Source: Dicyema japonicum
Taxonomy: Eukaryota > Animalia > Dicyemida
DNA length: 64,000 bases
Assembly: GCA_011109175.1 (NCBI GenBank)
Contig: RDEW01000022.1
Coordinates: 477,834 to 541,833 of the forward strand
Direction of reading: 5' to 3'
Shown in pieces: positions 27,040 through 39,499 of the stretch (position 1 is its first letter; every line of letters starts with the position of its first letter). The notes beneath the pieces were generated by a model. It was not told where the DNA came from. It made no database searches and saw only the letters and a list, made by a program, of their open reading frames with translations. The position numbers and the translations under genes are program-made.

Positions 27040-29395
27040 AAGATATTACAAATCAATGGTATCCGAACAAAAATTGCCGAACTACAACGCTTTCTCATAC
27101 AAACATTCAGTGGATACAGCTCTTTTCCAAGAGACGAAATTAACCCACGGCGACCAACCCCCAACTTTCTGGGATACTCCTTATTCAGACGAGACAGAGG
27201 TCATGGAAAAGTAGGAAGCCTTATTATACTAATCAGGAAGTATATAATGGTCAGAAATATCTCGGATGACATCCTGGACCCCTCCCCCCAAGACGACACA
27301 CTGGAACAACTAACTCTGAGAATATGCCTACCCTTTCTTCGGTTGATAGTTGTCAATATGTCCATTCCCCCTCCACCGTCATGCCCAAGCGGCTACAGCA
27401 CCGAACTCAAGCGATTCACAGGTTGGAAAACACGCTAATTGGCGGTGACCTAAATGCGAAGAGTTCTCAATGGTATGCTGACCAACAAGTGGATCAACGG
27501 GGAACCCTCATATCTGACAGTTTTGACGACTTGGTCATTCTCAATAATCCTAGCAAACACACAAGGACCCCTTCCTGTCGAGGCGACTCCCTTAATCACC
27601 CGACATTTCTTTTGCCACTCTTTCTCTTGCGGCTGTCATTTCATGGTATGTTATATATGACTTACATACTGACCATAAACCCGATCTTCATGAGGATCCT
27701 ACAAAAATATAAGTTAATGAACACTCCGAGAACCAATGTGAACTTCTCAAAAGCAATATGACCTTCACATATTTCATCGAACTACACCATCAGGCTATCA
27801 GGATAAAGAACTTTGGATCTATCGACGCTGCTGTCAAATATTTCAACGAGATTATACTCCGAGCTCGCAAAAAATACATTCCGATGGGTCGTCCTCTAAG
27901 CTGAATAATTTCGAAAGACAATCAGTGGATGTAACTGAAGGGATATAACTGAACAAAGAAATCACGCGGAACATCACAAAACACAACAAAGAACGTTGGG
28001 AAGCCTTGATCAGAAAAGCTACAAACAATACTTTCCCCATTGTATTATGGAAATCGATAAGGAGACTCAAGATGTGCTCTCCACTTTTAATTGGACATCG
28101 AGAGCCATATCCAAATTCCAATGACATTATGAAGTACAATGTGAATATTAGTCATAAACCATATTCAAAAGACCTGGATGTTCGTTCTGCCAATAATCGA
28201 AGAAATGACTTTCTTCGACCTTTAATGGTGCACTCAGTAATCAGGAAAATGAATAACTCGTCGTCCCGCGGTTCAGATGACATCTCTATTCTCGAACTGG
28301 AACACCTGGGTTCTTCCGCGACGGCCGCAATAACACAAATTTTCAACTTCTCAATAAACGAGAACAAGTGGATGTAGAGAAGGCTTTTGACTCAGTATCC
28401 CGGAAGATCCTTACAGAAAAAATTTTTACGACATCGATCCACCCTAAATTCAAATCATAGTTGGTTAACTTCATCAACGGTCGAATAAGCCAAGTGGTGG
28501 CAAAATCAAAACCGCTATACCCTCCGAATGGAGTTCCACAAAAATCCCCGTTGTCACCAATTCTCTTCAACATGTTCATCAGTGACCTCCAATCCCCAAC
28601 TACCAAAAACACAATTCTTTTATCGCATGCGGATGATCTCGTGATTGCAGTGGAACATCGAAGAATCGAGGATGCGACACGGTACGTGCAAGATCTACTA
28701 AACCTGATGGGTCTTCAGTTCCTGAAGAACCGTCTAAATATATCACCAGGAAAGTCACATGTAATGAAGTTCACCGCAGCGTGAAAGAAATACGGGCAAC
28801 ATCACGAATAAAATTGTATGACATCCCGCTTCCTATTAAGAAGACCCTTTCAATCCTTGGAGTCATCCTGGATCCCCTCCTCACATTTAATCATCAAATG
28901 GACCTAATAACCGCGAGGATCCAAAAAATTGGAATTCTCAAGGCTTCCACTAACTCTCCAATATCTTCCCTCCCATTGTTAGAACTTCTATACAAACAAT
29001 TCGTTTACAGAGATCGAGTACGCCTGTGCTGCATGGATTGCCCCGTTATCACTATCGGCACAGAGCAAGCTGGAAGTTTTACAAAATTGATGTCTTAGAA
29101 TAATACTGAAAGTGTCTAAAAAGACGTCCACTTCGTTACTACGGAAAACACTAAACGTCCCCCAATCATGGAATATTTTACGGAACGTCACCGGGACTTC
29201 CTCAAAATGGCAAAGTCCCCTGATCATCCCTTCGGGCCGCACATCGGACTATATATGGACGCCTGCCCGAGATATGAGAAGAAGCCTTCCCGGCTGTAGA
29301 GATTGATCCAGGACTCCAAAACTAACTGCCGGAAAAGGACTGGTATAGACACCAGGATCACATAATTAGAGGATAACTTTTATCCTTTTTTTCGT
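27040..29395 (+). mobile_element. Ingi-like LINE (APE plus RT, degenerate, 5' end missing)
   Basis: INGIRTKIAEL, LFQETKL, GGDLNAK, DVEKAFDS, GVPQKSPLSPILFN, HADD and LGVILDPLLTF; taataaaataaataata tail. Confidence 0.78.
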
Positions 29396-29689
29396 GATTT
29401 CTGGGTTAATAAAATAAATAATAACACGTTGTTGTGTGGTACTAATTTAGAATCATTGGAATCACCGTTATTCTGAAGAAACCAATCCGATTTGGCAACA
29501 TAGTAATAGTATAAAGTTTATTGTGACACTTGGCGATTTCAACATCTCTCTTGTGCCAGGATGAGAAAAAAAAGTTGCAAAACCAATGAAGAGGTGAATA
29601 TGTGTTGTTCCCGGCTGGAGTCATCTCCAGGATTTAATATGGCACAATAAAATAATATCAGAATATGACTCCAGAAAAGTTTTCTAATT

Positions 29690-30295
29690 GCATTTTGAGG
29701 AAGATTATGTTTCCCACTGCCTTTCCGGAAAGAATTGCTTGTCGGTTATTGCAAATATTTCGGCCGACTTGTGTCCAATACAGTGAGTTTGGCAGTCAGA
29801 GGCGGATACGAAGTGGGGTTCGTCAGACTATCATCTGAAGCTGATAGCGTCCTTTTCAAATTGGATCTGCTTAATGCTTTCAACTTGGTCAGAAGATCAT
29901 CCTTGACGTTTGCTTGAAAAGATTGCCGAAAATATCTCCTTTGTCTACCATTCATATTCGAATCCAGATTGATTGGAGTTGTTAAGTGGCAAAAGGACGC
30001 TTCTGTGTAAGTTTGCCAACAGATTGATCTTTCTGAACAGTTGACCTTTGATGTTCAAAAACTGTCCCCTGCTGTCCAAAATACTTTTCAACTACCGAAG
30101 ATTTTTGTTATGATGAAGATTTGCTATCTCTCCCTGATGATGAAATTAAGTCGACCCTTGAGGCGAATTTAAATATACATTTTGATGACTATGGATATTT
30201 TCAAGCAACTCTGCCTGTTGGTTTTGGAGGATTGGAATACTTTCGGATGCCATATTTTTCTTCTTACGACTCCTCAAAGAGTTTGATGGTCCTCT
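29690..30295 (+). mobile_element. Degenerate CRE-like RT fragment
   Basis: AVRGGYEV, KLDLLNAFNLV and LPVGFGGL. Confidence 0.55.
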
Positions 30296-30468
30296 ACTCC
30301 AGTGGTTTCCAACCTAAAGGTCTTTGCGGAACTTTTTTATTTTTTGCGATACCCTTCCAATTCTATTATTACAATTTTCACTTAAAACATAATCGTAATA
30401 ACCAAAAACAAATTTAATGTAACTATTATCATAGTTGTGTTACGTTATGAGTAGGGCGATTTTTGTCA

Positions 30469-30783
30469 TAATAATAATAACAGCCTTTTTCACGGAGCCG
30501 TGGTATTAGCTCCGCATAGGCAGGACACACACTTTATTTAAGTAAAGAACAGTTAATTTTAACTAATCGTAGAACCAAGGAATGATCTTCACTTCTTTTT
30601 TTCTTTTTCTTGTGTGAGTGTCCTTTCTAGACAATCCAATTCCGCAGTGAGTATTCACTGATGACGGCGTCACTCGTCAAACCCTTTCCGCATCGTAGAT
30701 GCGTGGAACCTTCCACCAGGTGAACAGCAGCGAGATTCGAACCCGTAGCCTAAGCCACTTAAGCCCGACACCTAACCACTAAG
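30469..30783 (-). mobile_element. tRNA-derived SINE copy 2, missing its first few 5' nt, fused to a U2 fragment
   Basis: Near-identical to 10618-10950. An 18-bp TSD gtagggcgatttttgtca at 30451-30468 and 30816-30833 encloses SINE plus U2. Confidence 0.9.
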
Positions 30784-30819
30784 TCGCTTCTCGGCCTTTT
30801 GGCTAAGATCAAAGTGTAG
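30784..30819 (+). pseudogene. U2: U2 snRNA 5' fragment (about nt 2-37), retrocopy
   Basis: TCGCTTCTCGGCCTTTTGGCTAAGATCAAAGTGTAG matches the conserved U2 5' end up to the branch-site recognition sequence; no downstream U2 sequence. Confidence 0.92.
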
Positions 30820-31074
30820 GGCGATTTTTGTCAATAAAGTCAAAAATTCATATGTTCTTTAAAATTGTTTAAATTTTATAAAAATGTAGTTTTTAATCAA
30901 AAATATTATATTAATCGAAAGTTATAAAATCAAAAAGTCAAAATATTGGGTAATGTCAAAAAATCAAAATTTAATTTTTAAGGTCAATAAAGTCAAAAAT
31001 TTTATTGATTTTTATTTTTTAATTTTTCGAGTTTTTAAATAAAATACTAGCGTGGCGATTGTTTAATCCATCTA

Positions 31075-31170
31075 CGATTAGTTAAAATTAACTCTTTTTT
31101 ACTAAAAAAAAGTGTGTCCTGCCTATGCAGCTAATACTATGGCTCCGTAAAAATGTCTGTTATTATTATA
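31075..31170 (+). mobile_element. SINE 3'-end fragment
   Basis: tacgattagttaaaattaact...gtgtgtcctgcctatgcagctaatactatggctccgtaaaa...ttattatta. Confidence 0.8.
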
Positions 31171-32203
31171 GTAGGGTGGTATCAATTATTAGAAATATGT
31201 CAACACACTTATTGGTAGAATTTCTGATCCAAAGAAAATATTTTTAATATCTTGTCGTCCATTGTCTTCTGCGGCTAACTCGTCGACTGTCTGTCAGATA
31301 ATTGACGATGTGCTAAGGGATTTTGCGATAGATCGAGAGAATTTTGTATTACTGGTATCTGATGCAGCCAGATACATGGTGGCTGTTGCACAGGTATTGA
31401 AGGTTTTATACACGAATTTGGATAATGCAACATGTGTTCTTCATCTTCTTCATAACAGTTGCCGTAAAATAAGAGGATATTTTAAACTTGTGGATTTTTG
31501 AATTTCATCGATAAAGGCTGTCAAAAACAAGACACGAAGAGAAAATTTTGCTGAAATTGGGTATCCACCTCAAGTTATTCTAACAAGATTGGGAAGTTGG
31601 ATGGAAGCAGCTTGCTATTATTGCAAAAATTACACAGAAATAAAAAAATAATTGAAAGTTTCGATGGAGAGAGGATTTTAGTAGAAATATGTTCGCAAGC
31701 GGTTTGTCAAAACGAACCACGTACAAATTTATCATTAACATTATGCCAATATGACGATATGTGAAATAATTAAGGCAGAAGAAACCTATTTCACTATAGA
31801 AGACGCAGTTGAAGACATTAAGAAATTCCATTTTGGGGACGATTTATGTGGAATCGGGAAGTATTTAGAATCAAGATTATCTGTAAATCTAGTGTTTTCT
31901 ATTTCAAAAATGGAAAAGCAACATATTTCTCCATTTGTATACAACTGTCTTAATAAGTGTCCTTCCACATCTGTTGAGAGAAGTTTTTCTTTATTGAATA
32001 AATTATTTCTAAAGACCAAAATTTTAAACCCGAAAACGTTTCGAACTAAATTATTCTGTTTTTTAATAAAGATTTTAATTAGCTTTTTTTAATTAAAAAA
32101 TTTTTTTGTAGATAAATTTATCATAAAGTCAATTTTTCGCTTCGCTTCCTAAAGAAACTTAGACGCTTAGCTACACTAAAAAGCCACGACGCACGTGAGA
32201 CCC

Positions 32204-32289
32204 GGTGGCTACTCCAGTTGATCTCTGTTGCAATCGTGAGAGGCAACGCAACGTCGATAATGTCGGCGGGGTCCACTTTGGATGGATGG
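32204..32289 (+). repeat. ~85-bp dispersed structured repeat, copy B
   Basis: ggtggctactccagttgatctctgttgcaatcgtgagaggcaacgcaacgtcgataatgtcggcggggtccactttggatggatgg; homologous to 20334-20419. Confidence 0.8.
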
Positions 32290-32661
32290 CAGTTTTAAAT
32301 ATGATTTACTAGGGATAAATTAACTGATTATTTTTCTAAAATTGATTTATTTATAAAGTCAAAAAAATTGCCCTAGTTATGAGTTATTGTTGACAAATGT
32401 ATACTCATCAGCAGAACCATTGAATTTATTTCTATATTTTGTTTGATAGATTTATATATTGAAAACTCAGACTCGCATAAGTAAGTCGTTGTTAAAAGTA
32501 ATAGTGTACGTATTGCCTTTCCTGAGATATCAGGACATTTTGAGATATTCTTCCTAAACGGCGAAGCATGTAATGTTATTTTTATTTATAGATGACCGCG
32601 AAAATTCAATTTTCCGTTTTAAGGCCATTACTTTATCGTTCAAAATACAAACAGATTGATA

Positions 32662-34278
32662 CAGTGCGACCCCGAATTGGGGAATCCCAAGTAGCGGGGA
32701 AACTTTTTTTTGGGGGAAATATTTTCGCCATCACTATAAAATACGATGATTTTTAAAAAAATAAACCCCCTACTGGGGAAAATTTTATATTATCAAAAAC
32801 GATTAATATATTTCTATAATTTTAGATTTATTATTTATTCTAACCTGTTTTAAAAGTTATTCTATAAATTTTAGAAAGCGAATGCCTAGAAAACTAAATC
32901 AAAGTGAAAAATCAGAATTTGCAAGGATATACAGTCAGGTCTAAGGATAAATTGATTTGTGAAATATTTAACATCTCTAAAGAATGCTATCCCACTAAAA
33001 AGAAAGGGAAGGAATCCTAGCTCAAGGCTTCTCAACATCCAAGGGACAATTGGATGCGAATTGAATGCCCAAGTTTACGAGATTTTTCGTAATCTCAGGT
33101 CGAAAGGTTTCAATCAATCCTTAAAGCTAATTGCACGTAAAATTGCATATGAAATTCAAATCAAGATTTCACTGGCTTTAACCGATTTAAGAACAATTCG
33201 AAATAAAATTCAGAATATTACATGGCGACAATCAGCTGATAAGGAGGTAAGGAAACTTCCTATCGACTTTCAATGATTTGCTTGAATGGTGAAGAAAACA
33301 TTTCAATTGTGATGAAACTGCATTATTTTATAAACCCGTTTCTAAAAAGAGTTGAAAGAAATGAGTCACACAGCGGACATAAAATAAGAAAAACGCATGA
33401 CACTTCTTTTGTGTTACAGTTACACAGGAGAAAATATAATTGGACGTGCAAAGTCACCGAGAGTATTAAAAGGTGTGAATCTGAAAGAAATCGGCATTGA
33501 ATTATTATGCTTCTTGCAAAACTGGATGACAAAAAATATTTTTGAAATTGGTTATCTCGATTTAACGAGGAAATGAGGAGAAAAGAAAAAAATAGCATTA
33601 TTAATTGACAATGCAACATGTCTCTGCCTAATATTCAAACGTCGACGTAATATTTTTTCCAAAAAACACAACTTCCTTAATTCAGTTATGTGATCAAAAG
33701 ATAATACAGACTTGTAAGAATCATTTCAATAATTGGATGATGAAAACGGTTATCTATGATAAAATCCTGTAGCTCAAAAGGGAATCACAATATTGGATAC
33801 TATTTCATGTTCGAAATTGGCATGGGGCAAGATTACAGAAACTTCAATATGACATTGCTTTGAAAAGGCTTTGGAATATGACTGTTGGGATAAAGAGGAC
33901 ACCGAGAAAGTCTATTGATTTGGATATTGTGGAAAATGCGATTTTGGAGAGCTTCTGGATGATAATAGTAATGATGACTGCAGCGAACAATTTCTGGAAC
34001 ATTTGAATAATCAACAAGTTATAAACAATGCGGAATGTCCACAAATGCTGCTACATGTTATTAAGCAAGAGACTCTGGAAAATGTCCTTGATCTATACAG
34101 ATTCAAAGCAAATATTATGAGTTCGATTCGAAAAAAACGAAACACTCGATTAAAATTAACAGATTTTTTTATTAAAAAATAAAAATTGTAATTATCCGTC
34201 TTGGTTATATTATTAAAGTAGGATATCGAACAGAGGAGAGCCAAATTTAAGGAAAACCCTTTTTTTGAGGTCGCACTC
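32662..34278 (+). mobile_element. pogo/Tigger-like DNA transposon, degenerate
   Basis: TA-flanked TIRs cagtgcgacc(c)c / gaggtcgcactc; remnants of a CENP-B HTH domain and a DDE_1 domain (RKILLLIDNA). Confidence 0.8.
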
Positions 34279-34559
34279 TATTTTCCTTATAGCGATAATG
34301 TAAATTTATTCAGTTTATCATAAAAAAATATTATTCAATTTTATAAGAATTTTAATGAGAAACAATAATTGCATAAGAGATTTAAAAATATTGAATGCAT
34401 TATGCGGATGATATAATCGTCGCAGTCAAAGACCAGTGCGTTAATACTGCTGTTTACAGGATACAAGCTTCATTGGACGAGCTGAACTGTTAACTCGTTA
34501 ATAACATTCTACATACAAGTCCTGAAAAGTCTTATACAACATTTTTCACAACAGAAGAT

Positions 34560-35115
34560 TGACAAACTCCGCTCCATGTGTAACCATAAATGGAAACTCA
34601 ATCCCCACGACCACTCTGTCAAGATACTGGGCGTAACTTACGACCCACTCTTGACCTTCAGCAAACACATCGACAACGTCATCTCTTTGACACAACGAAA
34701 GCTAAATTTTTGTTAAAACACTCCTTGGACAATATAAGGGGTGTTTCAACTCAAATTTGGACTCGCTTTTCGTGCAGTATATTCAACCGTCTCTAACTTA
34801 CGGGTGTGCTGCATGGGAAACCAACCTATCAAACAGGAATATAGAAAAAATCAATACCTTCCAAAAAATGGCCAGTAAGGCTTTGCAAAGTTTTCTTGGA
34901 CACCTCTAAACCCTACACCTATTGAGGAATTAGTGAGGAAAACCGGAGCCTTACTACCCTCCAAAACAGTTAGAAACTCCCGCCCAATCCGAAAATGCGT
35001 TGGAACCCAGGAAGAACACCGAGCAAGAATGAGATGGCTACTCGCGGCCGGAATCACCTGAAGGCTATAGTTAATTAATTTGTCGGTGATTTTTGGTTTT
35101 TAATAATAATAATAA
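34560..35115 (+). mobile_element. Ingi-like LINE 3' fragment
   Basis: ILGVTYDPLLTFSKHIDN, TYGCAAW and KINTFQK, ending in an (aat)n tail. Confidence 0.7.
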
Positions 35116-36510
35116 TTCACGCACGGTACTCGCTGTGGTCGTTGTAGTGCTAAGAAGAAAGAAGCGAAAAAGAATGGAAAATCAGAAAAGAACATGCAGA
35201 AAACTAATCAGGCCAAGTCTGACTCCGTTCACTGCCCATCTATGGATCATGTTCATTCGAAGAAATACTACTTTTACCTGCGAGATCGAAAGAGCAGTGC
35301 GTGTCCTGTGGATATTGCAACGCGAGGAAGTACAGGTTGAATTGCACACCTTGCTGGAGATTTTTCCACCTCGGGTTTGTCCGAATTGGCTGCGAGATCT
35401 TACTACAAATGGGACTGCGCATACTATATGGATGCCGACCCCGCTCGGTACCGTCATCCGGTCGAGTCCAGTCTTTCTCATATTTTGGATGAATCGAACC
35501 TTTGTTGTTACGCCTATCGGAGAGTCAGAAAAGTAGACGGATTTTACTGAAGATACCAAAGGCCGCTCGAATTCATGCTGCTGAATTTCTCACGTCATTA
35601 ATTTATAAAGCCATCAGTACCAGCAACCAGGCTTCTTGGATACGTCTACTGAGTTTTGCAACTATGACCCTTGGAATTTCTGCCTCAGAGCAAGCTCGCA
35701 ACGGATCACTGGCCTCAAAAACCAAGAAGAATAATTTTGCCTTTTTAGCCACTTGTCTTGTGACAAAGCGTTATTGAAGCGTGAAGTCTTGGAGTAATTG
35801 AGAAGAAAACACCCTGCTCCACCACCGAACCAGCGGAACTTGACAATGCCAGAAGACCTCCCGGCATTTACTCCCACGGAATTCGAAGTAGTGCGTGAAA
35901 TAAAGTCCTTTGTTCCCAGTAACTGCGAAGGTCTGGATGGACTACGCCCAAGCCATATAAAGGACTTAACCTCCGAAGCTACTGCTGATGCCGGCCGTGC
36001 CTTGTTAACGTCTATCACCTTGCTGCTCACTCGAATAGCTAATGGCGATATTCCAAAATTTGCTAGAGATCTTCTTTTTGTGACATTTATTGGCATTCCG
36101 AAAGGAGATGAAGGTGTCCGCCCAATTGCGATCGGTACATACTTTCAAAGGCTAGCTGCTAAAATCGCTGCCCGGAGAGTCTCCCGCAATGTTGCTGAAG
36201 AGCTGTTCCCGACTCAACTTGGGGTGGGAGTGACCGGAGGTTGCGAGGCAGCAGTCCACGCCGTGAGGAGTTACAACAACAATAATTCCCAGACCCAAAG
36301 GCCTGAAACTTGATATATCAAGTGCCTTCAACTCGCTGAGGAGAGACTGTATTTTGGAAACCTGTTGGAAGAGAGCTCCAGAGATTGGCCGACTTGTACA
36401 CTTATCGTATGAAACGGACTCAGCTTTAGTTTACGGAAGCGACATCGTTTATTCACGCAAAGGCGTTCAGCAGGGAGACCCTCTAAGGCCTTTGCTTTTT
36501 GCAATGACGT

Positions 36511-38016
36511 CCCGTGTAAATGTTACCGCCAGGGTCAAGTAATTCATAAGATAAGCAAAAAATGTTACTTTTATTTGATAACTTTTATTATTTTAAAAAG
36601 CTTTCAAATGCTTTTAAATTTTAGCCAAACTAATCAATTTTTTATTTATTTATTTCATCCCTTAAAAATGGGATTTTTCCACTTTTTATTTTTTAACGAA
36701 AATTAACCCGTGCATATGTTACCGCCACCTAAAGGAATTAGATATATCTGAAGTCAAGTATTGATTATTTTATTTTTAAATTTCTTAAATGTACAATAAA
36801 TTTAAAAAAACGTTAAATTTCACGTGTTTCAGTTGAAAATCGTTATAAAATCATATTTTTTTATTGAAAATGGGACTTCGATTTCTAAAGTTGCTAGTAC
36901 TCTCGGAATAGGCAGAAGTACAGTTCGTGAAATCCATAAGCGCTAAATTTAAGGATATGGCTGCAATGATAGACCTAAATCTGGCCGGAAAAAAATTTTG
37001 TCGGCACGATATGAAAGAATTCTCGTCCGAAATTCTGTGTTAATCCCAATAAAATCTAATCAGATCCGAACAGACTGTGATGTTTCTCATCTTGTCAGCA
37101 ATGATGCTGTAAAAAAATATTACTTCAAAATAATCTTTTCGGACGAGCAGCGGTCAAAACACCGTTGCTTATTGAGCCTCAAAAAACAAAAAGAAAATTG
37201 TGGTGTAAAAGTAAAATACTCTTCGAATGGAAAAATGTAATTTTCAGCGATGAGTGTCGGATTTCATTGAGTCTCGAATCGAGAGAATATGTTAGAAGAC
37301 CTCGGGAATCTCGATTTGAAACAAGGTATGCAACTAAGACAATTAAATATTCATCTTCTACAATGGTATGGGGTGCAATTAGAAATGATGGAAAACGAGT
37401 GCTAGTTTTATGCACTGAAAATGTAAATTCTGTTAAATATCAACGAATTCTGTCTGAAGGACTTGTTGAAATTTATCAAAAAAGATACTTTTTACAACAA
37501 GATGGTGCTCCTTCACAAACTTAAGTCTACAAAAAATATCTCCAAAACAAAGAGATCACAGTTTTAAAAAAATTGGCCTCCACAATCTCCAGACCTGAAT
37601 ATTATTGAGACTTGTTGGAGTTATCTAAAATCAAAAATAAAAGATAAAAGTCCAAAAACAGTTTCAGAACTGTGGATAACCGCTCAAAATATTTGGAACA
37701 CTATGGACAATGAATATATACAATTATTACACAAATCCATGCCTAAAAGAATTGACGAAGTTATTTGCAATAAAGGAGGAACTTCTAAATATTGATTTTA
37801 CAATTTATTTAACAAAATCTCGGTTTATCTTGAATTTTGAGTAAAGTGGCGGTAACATATGCACGGGTTAATTTTCGTTAAAAAAAATGACAAGTGGAAA
37901 AATCCCATTTTTAAGTATGAAATAAAAAATAAAAAATTGATTAGGTTGGCTAAAATTTAAAAAGCATATTTGCTTTTTAAAATAATAAAAAATATCAAAT
38001 AAAAGTGACATTTTTG
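36511..38016 (+). mobile_element. Tc1-family transposon with long IR/DR-type TIRs
   Basis: WKNVIFSDE, MVWGAI, FLQQDGAP and SPDLNIIE. About 170 bp of inverted repeat (about 36557-36728 vs 37846-38016). The direct repeat ccgtg(t/c)a(a/t)atgttaccgcca occurs at 36512 and 36708. Confidence 0.85.
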
Positions 38017-39499
38017 ATTTTACCAAGGTCCTCGACATCTTTAGGTAAAAAATCATCTTTTTAAAAATCTTATAAAAATTGATTTTAAGGGGTCCTATGG
38101 GTAAGTGGGACATTTTACCAAGGTCCCTCAATCCCTTCGAATAAAAATTAATTATATTTATCAAAACTAAATTTAATGAGTTATTATCTCTTTTAATTAC
38201 TTTTATTATAATAAAACTTTTGAATAATTTAATTAATCAATTGATTCACTATTGCACCGTTTCTCGTTAATAAAAGGGAAATAGAAGCTTAGAACATGAT
38301 GGAAATCTGTACCATTTAAATTACATATTGGAATTGCTCAGGTCATACCTGTTTTGGATCTGTAAAAACCATTCAATCGTGTGAAGTTAAAAGTCTGAAG
38401 CAACATAATCATCTTCCAAGGAGTGAATTTGTCAAGAGAGTCTTAATACGGGAGGACATAAAGTTTCCTTAGAAGCAGTTATTCATAATTTCGGTAATAA
38501 TTAATTACCATGTAATTCCAATAATGTTCTATCTTTTAACATCAAAAACTGAAAATGAGTATGACACAATGCCTCTAATAATTAAACGTCTCACTCCGGA
38601 TTTAGAACCAAGAGTTATTGTCTCAGATTTTGAAATAGGAACAATAAACTTTTTTCAAAAGTCATTTCCAAACGCATGGATAAATTGCTGCATGTTTCAT
38701 CTAGGACAAAATATTAACAAAAAAATATTGGAATTAGGAGTTTTCAACGACATAAATAATAAAGATATAAATAGGTTAAATGTGATTTAAAATTAACAAT
38801 AGATTTGTAAAACTGTTGAAATGCCTCTCCCTTATTCCTAGACATACTGTAAAGAACACTTTTGATTAGATAGTGTCGAGATCAGATTATCCTGCGATTC
38901 TAAACTCACTACATCAATATTTTTTAATCAATTATATCGGAAATCAAGAAAATGGATTAAATCCAAAATTTCTAATTAATTATTGAAATAATCTGGATAA
39001 TTTATATGAGGACTTACAACGGACAAATAACTCCTTTGAAGGCTGGCACAACGTTTTTAGAAGTACATTTGGACACTAAACAAGACTCCAAGAAATTTTG
39101 TAAAGAAATTAAAGAAGAAGGCATAATGATAAAAATCTTAAGATTATAAAATGGAGAAAAAAATTCTTAGAAAAACTAAATATATCGCTGTATCTGAGAA
39201 TATATTGAGATTTGTTTAAGAACAAATGTTACTTAAAATGGACCCGATAGAATATATATTCAATTTAGTAGAAAATGTTATTCTACTAACATTTATAATT
39301 ATTTTCTTTTTTTTGAAAATAAATCTTTCATTTTAAAGTTAAATAAAAATTTTAAAAAAGATGACATTTTACCTAAAGATGTCGAAGACCATGGCAAAAT
39401 GTTCCACTTACCCATAGGACCCGTTAAAATCAATTTTTATAAGATTTAAAAAAGATGACTTTTTTACTTAAAGATGTCGAGGACCTTAGTAAAATATCA
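38015..39499 (+). mobile_element. MULE/Mutator DNA transposon, degenerate
   Basis: About 110-bp TIRs (about 38015-38126 and 39385-39499); VIVSDFE, CCMFHLGQN and RTNNSFEGWHN. Confidence 0.85.

Larger units (their letters stand above)
30452..32375 (+). mobile_element. hAT DNA transposon with TAGGGC TIRs and 8-bp TSD, degenerate transposase
   Basis: TIRs tagggcgattttt ... aaaaaattgcccta; TSD gttatgag at 30444-30451 and 32376-32383; protein LLVSDAARYM, TCVLHLLH, TRLGSWM and TSVERSFS. Confidence 0.88.
30300..32570 (-). mobile_element. Buster-type hAT 3' fragment split by a nested hAT element
   Basis: TIR cagtggtttccaacc at 30300. The parts at 30300-30451 and 32376-32570 are colinear with the copy at 4833-5180. 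Confidence 0.75.

Noticed and set aside
30784-30819. U2 fragment as a Utopia/Keno target site or a functional U2 gene
   Set aside because: No U2 3' half, Sm site or adjacent U2-specific LINE; the fragment lies inside the SINE's TSD.
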